A DNA stretch of 39,827 bases from NCBI GenBank assembly GCA_001687465.1, contig LVLI01000364.1:62001-101827 (forward strand). Direction: 5' to 3'. The notes under the pieces are model-generated. The model did not search any database, was not told where the DNA came from, and worked only from the letters and a program-made list of their open reading frames with translations. This DNA is from Halocafeteria seosinensis (lineage: Eukaryota). Each line of letters opens with the position of its first letter. Within the stretch, counting starts at the first letter, position 1. A program made the position numbers and the translations under genes. Below, piece after piece: positions 9,811 through 21,099 of the stretch.

Positions 9811-10394
9811 GGGTAGATTGTACAACACTTGTACAAGAGGAATCCTCACCCCAATTCCTTGTGTTTATGGGCAGTTTTTGCGGGAAACGAAAGGAGAAAC
9901 TCCCGGCCAATTTAGCGTGGCATTTGTTCCGACCCATGCCTTTAAACTTAGGAAGAGGGTGGGATTATTGTTTTGCATGTGTTGAAGGGTATCGCGTGGG
10001 TGTTTGCACGCACTTGCCTTAGATTTCCTCCCTTATGGGAATTCCTTTTGTTCATAACACACCAGGGAAGAGGAATTTTAAGAAAATGAGAGCCAAAAAG
10101 TGTAAAAAGGCCACAACTAAAGTGGGAAGAAGATGGAAAGTAGGATTGGGCATCGGAACATTTTCCCAGTTAAGATGATGACGCTGTTGAAAGTACGTGG
10201 AGTACATGAGATGCTGTGAGAAGAACGAGAATTCGAGAAAAAGAATTCCCAGTGGAACTCCAATGTCTTCAAGTCATTACACTATGGCTTATAATGATTT
10301 GACCACAATACAGAGAGAAGACGAATATCATACGGGCTGGGAATCCATCCCTGTCCTCAAAAAGCTGGTAATATTTTGCGTGACGTTCACAAAC

Positions 10395-12100
10395 TCAGGA
10401 AGTCGAAGACTGCCGCGCTTGGATACCAGCGGCGTTCGCTGCTACACTAAGCGCGCTCGTGGCTGACTGAGTCTTTTGTCGTTGAAACAATGAGCGACAT
10501 GTTGGACAATACCAGAAAGTACCAGGAGGAGACATACAACTATCCGTGTCATGTTGCAGACACTCTCTATGGAACCATGCACCCCGGCTGCATCGAGGAT
10601 TGCAGCACAAAATCATCTCATCGGTAGGTGGGCGGCGACATATACAGAATGTATCTCTGGACGATGTCCGACGCAATTCCTTCTCTAATAGTAGCGAGTC
10701 CTCAGGCGAGCTGTCTTGATTGGTCTGTTTGAGCTGAGCGTAGTAGTCGTAGATTAGAGGATGTCCTAGGCGTTCTACATCAGAAATCCGAGGGTACTCG
10801 AGGGTATTCGTCTTGAGCGAAGCAATGTGTTTGCCGCTTGGGGTCTCTGTGGGACGCACAGTCGGACTGCTTTCGTTTTGCTCGGTGTTGTCTGCGCGTT
10901 TACCAGTTCATCAAGCGACCATCAAAATACCCAATATCGATGAAATGAACTTACTATCTGTGGGTGCAAGCTTATCCATAGAATCCAAGAGTTCCTGCCA
11001 CTCCTTTAGCTTGCGAGCAGTCGCGAACTCCTCTTCTTGAAATTCTGATATCAAAGTCTCTAGCCTCTTGCGGGATCCAGGAACACGCTGAGGGTAAACC
11101 CCAATGACTCTCTGCATGAGCATGCTTTCATCGCTAACTTGTTAACACCACAGAGTATGAAGGGATAGCGACATACTCTGCAATATTCTTTTCGGCTCCT
11201 CAGCAAGTTTAAATATGAATCTGTTTGGGCCTGGAGCTGTGGAAAAGCGCCGATACCCACCTGCGAGTATTTGCAAATTACTCTCAATGATGACACCAAC
11301 CCGTTAGAGTCTGCCGAGTCCTCAATGCTTACCCTTTCGTATGACCGCAGGCTTTGAATTCTGTCTGACGTTTGGTGATAAAAGTCAAGTAAATCAGCAT
11401 CGATCGCGGATGATTTCAGTCGCTCTAAAACTAATTCTGTTGTTTCTTCGTTTTCACTAGAGGAAGATCGGGCCGAAGCATGGACCCCATTCATACTATC
11501 TATGCCTCTCTGTGTTACGTTTGTGTCGGTCTTACGCCGCTTTGCTTGTGGGGACGAGACCGCCGATCCAACAGTCTGCTCCACGTTGCTTGTCTGACTT
11601 ACGTAAGACGACTGTACGCTGCTCATGGTACTGTTCTCAGTAGGGGCTGCTGCAGAGGTGGTCCCTTTATGGATTCGGTCACCGTTCTTTGCGTCAGACG
11701 CGCCACGAACTGGTACGGTTGCTTGTGGACTGGCATCAGAGTGATGATTTACTATTGACGGATTAGAGTCGGAGCAGTTCTGACTGGAAGACTGCTTCGT
11801 TGCTGTCGACCTGGTCTTGGTGGAAACCTCTTGTGAACTCTTCGCGCTGGCATCCTGGGGTTTATTCTGTTTTACCAAGGATGAACCTCCGGCTTTCATC
11901 GTGTCCCTCATGGACTTTGATTTACTTCCTCCGTTTGCTTCGGACGCAGACGAGACGGAGGTCTTGCTCCCTCCCGAAGAAGACGTATTCCCCTGTGCTC
12001 TGTCATTGAGAGCGTTTCGAAGACGCTGTATCACCTGGGAACTTGATACAGAGGGCACAGAACTTTGATATTGCCTCCTCCCATGACTACTTTCGTTCAT
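10395..12100 (-). CDS. Ser-rich protein with a C-terminal ING-like PHD finger; exons approx. 12100-11333, 11260-11177, 11111-10955, 10891-10395
   Basis: C4HC3 PHD finger FCICRR....EMILCCNPRCSRGAWFHRECL...WYCPTC. NLS-like AKRRK. GT-AG introns link the ORF pieces in frame. Confidence 0.8.
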
Positions 12101-12434
12101 TATTCACCACTTTACGGACCATTCACGCAGTATCCCCAACCACCAATCCCATCAATGTGTAAAGAAGACCATTCCTGACAAGATATCCCATCAATTCTCT
12201 CTCCATTTACATTCAAGGACCTCATGAGCCTCTGCGTCCATTCATTCCCAGCTGCAAGGGAACAATCTTTTCGGTGGGTAAACTGATAGGGGGACTCCCA
12301 AGGGGACAAAAAAGGTCGACGTGTTCGAAGACTTAGAAGTGTGTTATTAAAGTCATTTACCGTGCGGTTGATTGTTAAATGAATGTTTCGGGAGTATTTT
12401 TGGTTTGAATGAACCTTCCAGGAGAGTGAAGACT

Positions 12435-12792
12435 ATGATTGGAAAATACGGTGGATTTAATCCACCTCGATACCCCTTTAGGGTTCGCGCCTTGGCCATT
12501 GGCCTCGGCGCTTGTGCCTGGTTTTGGTACTTTGCATTGGCCAAGGAGACAGGTGCATACCATATGGTAAGAGATAGTTCAATTCTCTATCTCTTCGTCT
12601 TGGTTCTGTTTCATTTAATGGAGTGTGTGTGGTGTACAGGGCTTCCGAGTACCATGGGAAGATCACGCCCCCAATCCTCAGTTCTTAGCGCATCATGAAC
12701 AAGCCTGGACGTATACAACGCCAATGGTGGGCAATAACAATACAGCTTCCTCCGGAGAAGACGACGAAGAAGACGACGAGGATGAAGAATAA
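12435..12792 (+). CDS. NDUFB2: NADH dehydrogenase (complex I) subunit NDUFB2/AGGG-like; exons 12435-12566, 12640-12792
   Basis: Spliced sequence GLGACAWFWYFALAKETGAYHMGFRVPWEDH resembles the AGGG-family pattern WFWxxxxAKxxGxxxxGxxxPW with one TM helix. Acidic tail. Confidence 0.7.
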
Positions 12793-13152
12793 GGGAAAGG
12801 AAGTACTCACTCTCCGCCGTTGGAGTGTGATACGAGGAAAATTATAATGGCTTCTTCTAGATGTAATGATAATGGGGCCATGGGACTGTAGCACACACGC
12901 TCACAGAGACAAAGTGATTTATTGTGCTTCACACTGCGCTTAAATAGAGCCTTATGGAAGTCTATGCAACATTCTGGCGCTCGCTAGATATTGCCGCAGG
13001 AACGGCGCACTTTTTGATCTAGCTAGTTGCTGGACAAAAATGTTTGTATTTTACTGTTTCTCTACTCAACAGGAGAAACTGCATAGTTAGCGAACGTCTA
13101 CCTCGCGGATGTTACACGACGCCTCTTCCCCCTAATTTCAAGCTGGGCTAAC

Positions 13153-15510
13153 TTACTGTTCATAAGCACCCTTTGTCACTTTTAGGCCTTTCCTTACGTT
13201 CATTGTATGTACTACGTCGTCGATCGATGTGAGCAGATTATTATTTTCGGATGAGTTACTTCCAACATAAGCCCAATTTCGCTCTTCCTCTTGACCCTCC
13301 TCTGATACAACATCTGTTCGATCTGGTGCCACATATTCACGCTGTTCCTCTCCAACCCCGTACGCTTTGATGCTTGAAACATCCAGAATGTGCTCGCTGA
13401 TTCCACTATTGTCGTTGCTGAAATTATCTGGAAAGCCTGAAGGGGATTCTGTTTCACCCTTCGCACTCCTGGAACGAGATGAACATGGTCGGTATTCCGA
13501 GTTAGTAGTTGCGTCGTCATGCTCCGACAGAGTTTCCGCGATAGAGGGAAGAGGGGTAGACTCGTTTGAGGTCACACGATTTGAGGACTGCTGGTTACTG
13601 TTCGATGATAAAGATGCAATGACCTCATCAAGTAAGCTATTCGAGCGTCCCTCCATGCTTTGAGAAGACCCATCCTCAACATCTTCACTATACGATTTTT
13701 TATTGTGTTGTGAGCGAGAAATAATGGCAGAAGAGTAGAACTCTTCATCCTCCTCGTCACCAGCGTCCATTTGATCCCGGTAGTGGAACTTGAGAGCATC
13801 TATAGGGTTCAACTGTTCATGTTGTTGCCTTGGGGCTCCATCTGCTTCTTCTGGTTCTGAGTTATCATGACCGTTCGTGTGTTGCGCGAAAGGAGCGTTA
13901 TTCCGAGAGGATCTCTCCGATTCTCCGACACTGCTAAATTCATCAGATAAAACTGTACCTGTCCCTTCGGTCGTATCGTTCATTTGTTGGTAATGATTCA
14001 ACTGAACAAATGATGGGAAGGTAGAAGATGGTGCTGAGCTACACGAACTCCGATCCCCCTTCCCTGTGATATCGAAAACCCGCTGCCAGTTCACCACAGG
14101 TTTCCGTTTTCGGGGAGGTACGATGTACTTCCGTTCGTTTTGCTTTGATTGATAGACTTCGTTGACATCCTCATTTTGCGCAAAGTTATGATGGCATCGG
14201 TTCCATTCACCTGCATGAAGCTGAAAGGGCTGAGGTTTCGTCACCGTAGGTGTCCAATTTTCGCCCGTGGTCCAGAATGGCAATTCTTGTTCCTCTTTAG
14301 TCTTTCTTGCTTCTTCTTGCCGCGTGAGGAACTTCTGTATCGATCCTAGCTCCCGAGGATGTATCATAGCTGCTGGCCTTCCAAAACCTTGGTCATTATT
14401 TCCCTTCGAAGTCGGGCGCTGAGAATTGTGTTCATACTGCTCGATTTGCCTCTCTTTAATTGCTTCTGTCGACTGGTTCTTGTTTGCCCGACTGTGAGTC
14501 CGCGCAGCTTCACCTTTCCTTGTAGTTGAATCCGGAGAGCCGTTTAAATTATTTTTCTCCTTGAGGATATCTTCATGACCTTGATTGCGTGGACCGGTTT
14601 CCTTTGACTTAGTGTTAAGAGGACGAACCGGAACTCCAATCGCACCCTTGGGTCTGTACCGCCATGCTACAGCAGAAGCGCTAGTGTCAGATAACCTCGA
14701 CTCAATGTTCAGCGCCTGGCGAAATGGTGTAGGCAGCTGACGCATCAATGCTTGTACTACTTGTTTTGAGCTTAAGTTAGACTGATATTGCTCCTTGTAC
14801 GGCTCCGACGTCTTGAAGTTCTTCCCTGCATGCGAACGGGACTTTCGTTCCGACTTCTTGGATGCCATGTCCTCCACAGCCTTTGCATCTCCTGAGTTGT
14901 GCATCTGACTGTCCCGGTTAGCATTCTCTTGTATCTCAGGTTCTGTTTCATTCTCCTCATCTTCCTTCTTAACTTCATCGTCTAGTTTGTGTTTGATTCC
15001 CTTGCACAAAGCATCAAGCTGGTCCTGAGTGGCTGAATAACCCATTTGCTTTAGTACTTTATCAAGTACCTCGTTGTTAACCTCTTCGTGCTGCTGTTGC
15101 TGCTGCTTTCGGGCTCTTCGACGGCGGTCGCGACTCGCTCGGGCATCAAAGTGTATGCGCTCCTTGATCGATCCTTTAGCAGACTGTCGCTCTGCTAGAG
15201 GAGGAGAGAGTCTCCTCTCTTCTCTGACTTCCTTAGGGCTCCCATCACCCAATCCTTGTGGTGTTTGGCGGGGAGAACGTCGTTTGTATTTATCTGGACT
15301 TCTTAAAGGGCTATTGTACGCGCTGGTGCCACCGTGGTGAGTTTCTTGTGAAGACTCCAGTTCTCTCATCGAGCTCGATAGTTGTTTCTTGGTAATATCT
15401 TTGCGCCTTTGACTGCTCTCTGTCTCACGCGAAAATAAATCGACGTGTATATCCTCATGTTCCATGGCTAGAGGCCCCTGCAGGGGTCGTTGCGAGCGTT
15501 TACTGCCCAT
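13153..15510 (-). CDS. Large hydrophilic/disordered protein with a coiled coil and a TxPxPFxL (TPX2-like) motif; function unknown
   Basis: ~785-codon open frame from ATG 15510. Segment IQKFLTRQEEARKTKEE..WTPTVTKPQPFQLH. A possible upstream intron (donor at 15565) makes the start uncertain. Confidence 0.7.
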   Translation of the reverse strand: MGSKRSQRPLQGPLAMEHEDIHVDLFSRETESSQRRKDITKKQLSSSMRELESSQETHHGGTSAYNSPLRSPDKYKRRSPRQTPQGLGDGSPKEVREERRLSPPLAERQSAKGSIKERIHFDARASRDRRRRARKQQQQQHEEVNNEVLDKVLKQMGYSATQDQLDALCKGIKHKLDDEVKKEDEENETEPEIQENANRDSQMHNSGDAKAVEDMASKKSERKSRSHAGKNFKTSEPYKEQYQSNLSSKQVVQALMRQLPTPFRQALNIESRLSDTSASAVAWRYRPKGAIGVPVRPLNTKSKETGPRNQGHEDILKEKNNLNGSPDSTTRKGEAARTHSRANKNQSTEAIKERQIEQYEHNSQRPTSKGNNDQGFGRPAAMIHPRELGSIQKFLTRQEEARKTKEEQELPFWTTGENWTPTVTKPQPFQLHAGEWNRCHHNFAQNEDVNEVYQSKQNERKYIVPPRKRKPVVNWQRVFDITGKGDRSSCSSAPSSTFPSFVQLNHYQQMNDTTEGTGTVLSDEFSSVGESERSSRNNAPFAQHTNGHDNSEPEEADGAPRQQHEQLNPIDALKFHYRDQMDAGDEEDEEFYSSAIISRSQHNKKSYSEDVEDGSSQSMEGRSNSLLDEVIASLSSNSNQQSSNRVTSNESTPLPSIAETLSEHDDATTNSEYRPCSSRSRSAKGETESPSGFPDNFSNDNSGISEHILDVSSIKAYGVGEEQREYVAPDRTDVVSEEGQEEERNWAYVGSNSSENNNLLTSIDDVVHTMNVRKGLKVTKGAYEQ

Positions 15511-16656
15511 GTTCTGGTCCTCGCTTAACGTCAACAGCAAGAAGAGATGGCAATGCCGCACTTACAATGCTACATGGGAGCCTCTATATGCCACAGGAGG
15601 GAGTCCCGAGGGACGTGTAACGGCATAAAGGTGGTTGTGGATCCACTTGTGAATGACTTTTTGGCGCCTTAAGGCTTGGGCCGAGTCGGGTCTCAACTTC
15701 AATGTGGTGCAACGTGGTGCGTGGCCGGCGGCCGCTGAATAAGATGGTCATGTTTCGTGAATCGTGAGGTGTGCAATTGAGGGATTTTGAATTTTGGATT
15801 TCTCCCGAAAAGAAAGTACCACTGAGAGGAATGTGGTACGTGTTTCCAGGCTTCTGGAGGCATGGTACTACTAAAGCGCGATGTCAAGGAGTATGGTGGC
15901 AAGCTTTGCAGAGAACCTTGACAGAAAAGCGGATGCTTTATGCATCAGGGCTATATATTGTGTATTCATGTGGTCACATCTGTTTACACGTACGTACACG
16001 CAACGCACACTAGTCAAACCCGCAAAAGCATCGTCTTGAAGACTCGGCAGATGATTGCTATTAAGTTGCCTGCAAGTCATCCATTGTCTCGATACCACCA
16101 TAAAACTTATTTGAACTTGTACCGGGAGCAGGCCAATCTCGTACTCGTCTACTTGTACCGCAAACACATCTGCCGCACAGCACTGGCCGCAGGGGTTTTG
16201 AGATGATTGCTAAAGAGGTCCCTGTAACCAAGCAATCAATTGCGCCGATCCCATGACGTCATCTGGCCTGCTCCTCCAGAATATCCAGCGAAATAAATTC
16301 GGAGTCCCGATGCTTCCCTACAAGAATGGTGCTTCCGAAGTTCGGAGTCCTTCGTTGGACCAGTCGAACGAGTGTGAAGCACTTCAGAAGCTTTGTAGTA
16401 CAACGGTTGGACACCAGCTACGAAGAGAGACTTGGTTGTCAATACTACCACACGCTTATAAATTTTATCCCTACACAGGTTGTATGTGTAGCGCTTCGGC
16501 ACTTGGTAAAGTCTTAAATACTTGGACCTAAGGCTTTGACAGATCCGATCAATCGCGACCGAAGAACAACCACCCTTAACGAAGTACAACCGCACACTCA
16601 AGTTCAGATCCTATCCCGTGCGATGTATTATCAGAATAAGCACTGAATCGACGACG

Positions 16657-17972
16657 ATGAATCCCTCTATGAGTAACCTTGTGCTGTACGGAGCCATTTT
16701 GGCCGGCATGGCAAGCCTGACTGCTGCGTACTCGTTCGGGCTCCGCTTTGGGGAACCAAAGGTGGGGCTATTCGGAACCAGTGCGAATGTCAGTTTGGAG
16801 GAAAGTACGTTCTTTTCCGATTTCTATATCCTGAGAAATTGACAAAGGTGGTGTAAAGTTGGACGCTCTCCATTGGATGCAGTTGATGTCCACCATGCAA
16901 AACAAGAAGTGCTTGGCCGTCCGGCTAAGTATGAGGCCCAAGCACAGGAATTGTCTGCACTGGACGAGTTCCGTAACATTTACTATATCATTGGTAAGTA
17001 TCTTTCCTTTGTAACTATGGCAACGTTTCTCTACATAACTTAGCTAGATTTTTGTGGGGTGAACAGGTTTCAACGCTTCCACGCGAGCGGTCAACTTAGT
17101 AGGATTCCATACGACAACTGGGAAGATAGTCCATGATATTAAGCTGCCATTCTACGAAGAGATCATGGTAGGTAAGTACGAGTAGTCGTTTCAAGAGGAG
17201 GATTCGAAGCTGTTGCCACTATGCCCATGAGGTTGAATCGTACACTCTACAGGAGTAGGGCAATCTCTTGGCTTTGACCACTCCAAGAAACAACCCATCG
17301 TTGGCGGACAGCTTGAGAAGAAAGGCCCACATGTAGTCGGACACGTTGATTTGAGCTCTGGAAAATTTGAGAAAGTTGCTTCAATCAACAAGACGGACCT
17401 ACCGGTGATTCCCGGAGCTGGAGCATTTGATCCATCCACCGGGAAATTTGTGACCATGTTTGGAATCAAGGGACACGGTGTCGACTTGTTCGCCGTAGAT
17501 ATGTCGTCTGGTTCCGTTGAAAAAATTAAAGAAGATCCGGAAGAGGGAAGAGAGCTCTCTACTGTAAGTACAGGAGTGCACTTTCCTCAGGCAGCAGATC
17601 CATCATTATCCTTTTGGGCTGCAGCTGGATTACGATCCGAATACAAAGAAACTGATCGGGCTTGGAATTCAACCTAATTCCACAGGTGGAATCACAAGAA
17701 CCTTGGTGTCTCTGGATGTGGCCAATCAGGAGTGGAACACCATTGGTAAGATCGACAACTTCGTAGTTGCAGACGGCTCCATTGCCGCGCTGAACGTGCA
17801 CAAGCGAGAGCTCTACTGGATTGGTCACAAAGAAGGTGCCAAGAAAAATGATCCATTCTACCTAATTGGTGTCAACATTGAGAACGCGAATGTTGTTCAC
17901 GAAGCGAAGTTTTGCAACCAGTCGTCATGCCCTTGGAGTCTTGAGTATCACAACAGGGTATCTATCGTTTAA
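16657..17972 (+). CDS. Secreted beta-rich (probable beta-propeller) glycoprotein, paralog B; exons 16657-16804, 16883-16993, 17067-17171, 17253-17563, 17625-17972
   Basis: Signal peptide LVLYGAILAGMASLTAA. Four GT-AG introns give a continuous frame co-linear with paralog A, ending CPWSLEYHNRVSIV. Confidence 0.85.
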
Positions 17973-18319
17973 GAACTGACAGAGGAGAAAATCAATGCAC
18001 TCATATCATGATGAATTCTGTGCTAGTCACTGATTATTTGTTTCCAAACTCTAGCCACCCGTGTCATTATTTAAATGCACCCCGTCAAGCCAAAGCTTCA
18101 TACGCTGGGCTTCACAAACTGAATCACAATTATCCGATGCAGCGAGACCTAAGTGTCAGGCAGTTCAATACAACTTGTGTTATACAACAGTTTTGATATC
18201 ATTAAGTACAATATTTAGTTTTCGGTTACTACTGCTAGTGTATGTATAAACGATGTCTGACCTCATGATGTGGGCATCGTCAGAGATGCGACTCGGAAAG
18301 CGTTGCGCACCACGTAACT

Positions 18320-19663
18320 TTATTCCAGGCGCCCAGTTAGTATTGCCGCAGCCGATGTTATCTCTGCTACTTCGTTCGGAGAAGTAAGTGTGGCGCTACT
18401 CATTGGAACAGAAGTCACTGCGGGGCTTTCATCGCATTCCTGAATGCCTTCTAGGTCGTCCTGCTTGGAATCTGCGTCGTCGTCGATGTACGGTCTGTTG
18501 GATAGAGGAGCCCGTGTTGCAGTGGCTGTGTCGATTACAGTTGTCCTCATGGAGGAAGAGTGCTGAGGACTAGAGGAAGCACCTGCGCTCGTTTGTGCAA
18601 CACTTTGGTTTGACGAAGTTTTCGCCTGTCCGCCAGTTGTGGTGTCCTGCTGATGTCTTCTCTCATCCATAGATGATGGTTCAGTGAATGGCGGTGAACT
18701 GGTTTGAGGTTCCATAGTGGTCGACAATTGATCTTCAGTTGGAACTGTCTTGGCCTTCTTAGCCGAGGATGGCTTGCTTTTTGTTTTCCTTGAGGTCATT
18801 GGCTTGGCTGTACCCGGGCCCTTTGTCAGTTGGTTGAGTGGATAAATCTCTGGGTGAGCTCGTCTAACGTGCTTGAACGTTGAGCCGCTATTCCAGTCGA
18901 CAGATACTGTTTGCCCCTTGAGATCTCTGGTGGCTTCTAATGCTCTCATACGCTGTTCGTAAGCTAAGTTGTATTCAGCGTCGTTGGTAACGTACCCCTT
19001 TCTCGTTGCATCTCGCGACGACCTTTTGGTACCCGCGCGTTGCTTCGGCATGGGCAGTTGCATGCTATAGTCGTAAGCGGAAGTAGATGGAGTCTGCAGG
19101 GCTCCGCCGGTGGATTTTATTCTTCCTCCTACTGGTGGGCGCTTCCCAAAGGACTCATATTCCTTAGGTGACATGGTGAAGTGTGGGGATGCTGAAACAC
19201 ATCCTCCCGTGTGCAGTTCTGGAGGGGATGGATTCGGAGCGAATCCGCCACTACTGAACGAGGTCGGAGGCCCATACGAATACGCTGGCATCATCATCCC
19301 GTGATGAGGCTGTTGTTGAGCATTACTTGCATAGTAGCTCCATGGGGAGGGAGTAATGCCTTGCTGGCGATGCTGTGCACTGCTATTTTCCTCTGATTGT
19401 TGCCCTGCGTGAACCGGATGGAATGAGGAAAGAATCTCACCTACGTAACTGGGGTATGTGTACTTACGTGTGGGGTTATTGTTTGGGCGTTTGATCCCTG
19501 AACTGTGAATAGCGTCCTGTTTGAAGACAGTTCCCATTCTCAGCCGAAGTGAGATAGGATCTTCTTCAACGAAGGAAAATTTCGGTCTCGAGGAACCATT
19601 TTGCCCATTCGCCGAGAATGACGGCGAACCCATGCTTTCATGAAATTGGGGGGTGGCGATCAT
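18320..19663 (-). CDS. Hypothetical Ser/Pro/Gln/Thr-rich, probably nuclear, disordered protein
   Basis: ~447-codon ORF from ATG 19663 (MIATPQ). Basic clusters KRSSR and RKTKSK..KKAK. No recognised domain. Confidence 0.65.
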   Translation of the reverse strand: MIATPQFHESMGSPSFSANGQNGSSRPKFSFVEEDPISLRLRMGTVFKQDAIHSSGIKRPNNNPTRKYTYPSYVGEILSSFHPVHAGQQSEENSSAQHRQQGITPSPWSYYASNAQQQPHHGMMMPAYSYGPPTSFSSGGFAPNPSPPELHTGGCVSASPHFTMSPKEYESFGKRPPVGGRIKSTGGALQTPSTSAYDYSMQLPMPKQRAGTKRSSRDATRKGYVTNDAEYNLAYEQRMRALEATRDLKGQTVSVDWNSGSTFKHVRRAHPEIYPLNQLTKGPGTAKPMTSRKTKSKPSSAKKAKTVPTEDQLSTTMEPQTSSPPFTEPSSMDERRHQQDTTTGGQAKTSSNQSVAQTSAGASSSPQHSSSMRTTVIDTATATRAPLSNRPYIDDDADSKQDDLEGIQECDESPAVTSVPMSSATLTSPNEVAEITSAAAILTGRLE

Positions 19664-21099
19664 CTTTCTGGATCCCTTTTCTCTGGCCAGTGTGCAACTG
19701 GTCCACAAAGTGCGAGCGTATGCAACCTGCAGTGCCAGGAACGCGAGCCGTTGTTGAAGTTTGATGCAAGATTTGGTCGCCGAGAAAACGAGCCCTTGCC
19801 AAAGGGAACCAGGTGCGACCAGCCAAAGGGGCATTCAAAATAACAAAAAACATGCTGGTCGTTGAACAAAGGGCCACTAGTTCAGGCTACTGTGTGTGGC
19901 TCATATGCATCTAGATACCACGCCAGTGTACAGTATATGACCCTTTGGCACTAGAGCCTCGAAACATATAGAAATACTGGCATTTCATCTCCGCCGATAG
20001 TGTATACAGCGGCGAAAACTTCAGCCCACCAACCCTTGACGTCGCAAAACCGTGCCAGACAAGGGGAAACTACAGCCCATTATGTCGCTTATACATACCT
20101 CCCAATGTCGTATGAAGAAGCCAGAATAGCTGTCCCTCTGTGTGGAAGCTTCGGGAATGTACCAAGGAGGGGAATGTTCATGGAAACTGAAGAAAGAAAT
20201 GAAGAATTCTGTTTCTTCTTTCCGTTCAACAATCCCTGTCGTTTTTGTGGCCCTTTGGCTACCCCGGCAGCCCGTCCCTACTTCTTCGCAATCAATCGAA
20301 CTTCAAGGTCCCAAGCCTTTCCGCACGAGAGAGGAATTCTGAAATTCTGAATTCATCATGATTCATCGTTTCATGATGGAACGTCTGATAGTCTAGACTC
20401 TTGAGCTGAGAAGATAGCCCACTATTGCTATGCTACTACTACATGTAGCTATGCACAATGAACAGCGGGTCACACTCAGTCACTTCCTAAGTCTCTTGTC
20501 AAACGAGTTCCACCAACATACAGTACACGCGTACTCACTGTATTCTAATGAGCACTAATGAAATAAAATTAGGGTGTTCAGTCGTGCACCAGTTGTCCTG
20601 AAGAGTTATAGATTTCAGAGTTTGATCTTCCAATGCTCTGGAATTGTTCACAATATCGCAAGCAATCCTATCTAACGCTAGAATGAAGCAAACCTGCCTC
20701 CTTTTAAAGGAATACTTTATAGCTTATAAGGATATGCTGACCTCGGTGTTGGCGCGGTAGGAAGATACTTGTGTCGCTTGGTTTGTTGTGGACGTCACTA
20801 CCCGCTACCGGCGATCATCCTCCATCTTCATGAAGTTGGAATCGAGAGTTTCGAGAGGGAAGTGATAGCTCTATCTCACTATTGGAGTCATGTAACATGA
20901 GCATTTTCTTCCATCGTCTCTGCAACTTGCAGGCTGCAAGAGAAGGCCAGTTGCTTGCCAACCCTTGGCACCCTCATTTGTGAATGAACGTGCCGCGTAC
21001 TGGCATCAATCTACAACAAAGATGCACAAAGTAGATGCAAAGCTAGTTAGTTTGAAATATCCATACTCTATTACTTGTGGATCAAGGTATGATAGTAGA

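Noticed and set aside
9317..10022. Short ORFs (9280-9549, 9317-9580, 9665-9985, 9801-10022)
   Set aside because: No motifs, atypical composition and no coherent splice model.
15699..16601. Overlapping 60-120 aa ORFs on both strands
   Set aside because: They lie in a divergent promoter/UTR gap and have no coding signature or motifs.
20352..20380. 10-bp hairpin TTCATCATGA/TCATGATGGA
   Set aside because: Isolated and AT-rich; compatible with chance.
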